In this document: in pieces, positions 62,114 through 64,000 of the stretch
Layout of the letters: each line of letters opens with the position of its first letter
Numbering within the stretch: the first letter of the stretch is position 1
Origin: an uncultured Planctomycetaceae bacterium
GTDB taxonomy: Bacteria > Planctomycetota > Planctomycetia > Planctomycetales > Planctomycetaceae
Assembly: GCA_963815195.1 (NCBI GenBank)
Contig: CAWFGE010000006.1
Span: forward strand, 64,001-128,000
Direction: 5' to 3'
Length of the DNA: 64,000 bases
Position numbers and translations under genes: made by a program
The notes under the pieces: generated by a model
Seen by the model: only the letters and a program-made list of their open reading frames with translations
Database searches by the model: none
What the model was told of the DNA's origin: nothing

Positions 62114-63391
62114 GTGAACCATCCAAAGCCCAGCCTGCTGAAGTTGATCGGTCCGGGAATCCTCGTCGCGGCCACCGGCGTGGGAGCCGGGGACCTCGCG
62201 ACCGGAGCCTTCACCGGCAGCCGACTGGGTGTGGCGGTGTTGTGGGCCGTCGTGTTGGGCGCGTTCCTCAAATACGTCCTCACCGAAGGCCTGGCCCGCT
62301 GGCAGTTGGCGACCGGGGAAACGCTTTTGGAAGGCGTGTGCCATCGCTCCGGGCGGATCGTGGATGTGTTCTTTCTCGCGTATCTCGTGCTGTGGAGTTT
62401 TTTCGTGGGCGGTGCGCTGATCAGCGCCTGCGGCGTCGCGTTTCATGCGATCTTGCCGATGATCGACGCCCAACACGATAAGATTCACTACGGAATCATT
62501 CATAGCGCAGTGGCCGTCTTGCTGGTCCGGCTGGGCGGGTATCGGCTGTTTGAAAAAGTGATGAGCGCGTGCATCGGCGTAATGTTCGTCACGGTCGTCG
62601 CCGCCGCAATTGCCGTCCGGCCGGATTGGTCCGCGATTCTCCGCGGCTTGTTCGTGCCGACGATTCCGAATGCCGACGGCCAGGCATTGGGATGGACGAT
62701 CGCCCTCATGGGCGGCGTGGGCGGGACGCTGACCGTGCTGTGCTACGGCTACTGGATTCGCGAAGAAGGCCGCACGGGGCTGGGCGATGTCAAAATCTGC
62801 CGGGTGGACCTCGCCACCGGTTATGTGATGACCGCGATCTTCGGCCTGGGCATGGTCATCCTGGGCAGCCGATTGGAAGTGGGAGCAGGCAAAGGGGCCG
62901 ATCTAGTGGTTCTGCTTGCCGATGAGTTGAAAACTTCGCTCGGCTCGGTCGGTCCCATTGGCCGCTGGGCGTTTTTGCTGGGGGCTTGGGGAGCGGTGTT
63001 TAGCAGTCTGCTCGGCGTCTGGCAAAGCGTGCCGTACTTGTTCGCGGACTTTCTGCGAATCGCCAAGCGGGAGGAAAACGTCAAACAGGTTCCGGTCAAC
63101 GTCGGGTCCCGCGGCTATAAACTCTATCTCTACGCCCTCGCGACGATTCCGGCGTTGGGATTGTTTGTGGAGTTCCAGTCGCTGCAAAAGACTTATGCGA
63201 TCATCGGGGCCGCGTTCATGCCGCTGTTGGCGCTCGTGCTGTTGATCTTGAACGGTCAAAAACGCTGGATCGGCAAGCAATTTCGCAATTCGCTTTTCAC
63301 GAATCTGCTTCTCATAATGACGCTGTTGTTTTTCGTCGCGGTTGGGATCAACGAAGTCTCCAAATACCTTCCCAAAAGTTGGTTCCACTGA
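62114..63391 (+). CDS. NRAMP-family divalent metal transporter-like protein
   Basis: GPGILVAATGVGAGD, RWQLATGETLLEG, ~11 TM helices. Confidence 0.8.
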   Translation: MNHPKPSLLKLIGPGILVAATGVGAGDLATGAFTGSRLGVAVLWAVVLGAFLKYVLTEGLARWQLATGETLLEGVCHRSGRIVDVFFLAYLVLWSFFVGGALISACGVAFHAILPMIDAQHDKIHYGIIHSAVAVLLVRLGGYRLFEKVMSACIGVMFVTVVAAAIAVRPDWSAILRGLFVPTIPNADGQALGWTIALMGGVGGTLTVLCYGYWIREEGRTGLGDVKICRVDLATGYVMTAIFGLGMVILGSRLEVGAGKGADLVVLLADELKTSLGSVGPIGRWAFLLGAWGAVFSSLLGVWQSVPYLFADFLRIAKREENVKQVPVNVGSRGYKLYLYALATIPALGLFVEFQSLQKTYAIIGAAFMPLLALVLLILNGQKRWIGKQFRNSLFTNLLLIMTLLFFVAVGINEVSKYLPKSWFH

Positions 63392-63452
63392 TGGATCCGC
63401 GGCGGAAATCATCAATCCTTAAACCATTCAGAATAATCCAGAAAGGTTCATC

Positions 63453-64000
63453 ATGCGGCATTGGCTTTATCTTTTGGTTTTGATGGGAACGGCGGCTGCG
63501 GCGCAGGCGGATGACTCGGCTTATCAACTTGGGCCGGATTCCCAACGGCAGGCGGGCGTTCCCCGCGGGAAAGTCACCAAGCACGAGTGGACGAGCAAAA
63601 TCTTTCCCGGCACAAAGCGGGATTATTGGGTGTATGTCCCGGCTCAATACGACGAATCCAAGCCCGCGGCGGTGATGGTCTTTCAAGACGGGCACACCTA
63701 CGTGAGCGAAGACGGCGACTTTCGCGTGCCCATCGTGTTCGACAACCTGATCCACAAAGGCGAGATGCCCGCGGCCATCGGCGTCTTCATTAACCCCGGC
63801 CACAAAGGGGAAGGCAATCCCGCTTCGCCTTGGCGGGCGAACAACCGCAGCTTCGAGTACGACACGCTCAGCGATCAGTACGCCCGGTTTCTGCTTGAAG
63901 AAATCCTCCCGGAAGTCGGCAAGTCCCACCGCTTGACCGATGATCCCAACCGGCGGGCGATTTGCGGGATTTCGTCCGGCGGAATTTGCGCGTGGACCGC
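63453..64000 (+). CDS. Putative esterase (enterochelin-esterase-like), partial
   Basis: Hand translation: signal peptide, RDYWVYVPAQY, MVFQDG, NRSFEYD, GISSGG nucleophile elbow; truncated by the window end. Confidence 0.85.
   Translation, partial: MRHWLYLLVLMGTAAAAQADDSAYQLGPDSQRQAGVPRGKVTKHEWTSKIFPGTKRDYWVYVPAQYDESKPAAVMVFQDGHTYVSEDGDFRVPIVFDNLIHKGEMPAAIGVFINPGHKGEGNPASPWRANNRSFEYDTLSDQYARFLLEEILPEVGKSHRLTDDPNRRAICGISSGGICAWT

Noticed and set aside
1..64000. tRNA/rRNA genes
   Set aside because: None recognised by eye; tRNAscan-SE/barrnap not run

Overview
GC-rich bacterial DNA, very probably from a planctomycete (DUF1501 and PSD1/PSCyt cytochrome genes, DUF1559, PVC-type dehydrogenase, an H4MPT/methanofuran-pathway gene, planctomycete-style palindromic intergenic repeats). 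Most of the window is ordinary chromosome: rodA, hydrolases, DHDPS-family, feoA x2, cfa-DUF1365-FAD cluster, HTTM pair, phoU-phoB, nhaA, Flp pilin, NRAMP. The outstanding region is a co-oriented ~10.5-kb cluster (6433-16875, + strand), preceded by a small ORF and a divergent XRE-HTH regulator. It appears to encode a doubled ubiquitin-like conjugation system: a canonical UBC-type E2 (HPNV...LCL), a second divergent E2, three beta-grasp Ub-like proteins, two JAB peptidases, two E1/ThiF enzymes (one with a C-terminal Zn/ubiquitin-fold extension) and an FHA-like + C4HC3 zinc-finger E3 candidate. An ARC/Mpa-type AAA+ unfoldase is embedded in it, with no pup, pafA or 20S genes in the window. Also notable: a 213-bp direct duplication of a gene 3' end flanking a single lipoprotein gene (37344-38559), a ~155-bp dispersed MITE-like element, and about 9 apparent frameshifts that are probably sequencing indels. 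All family calls come from motif recognition by eye; no searches were run.
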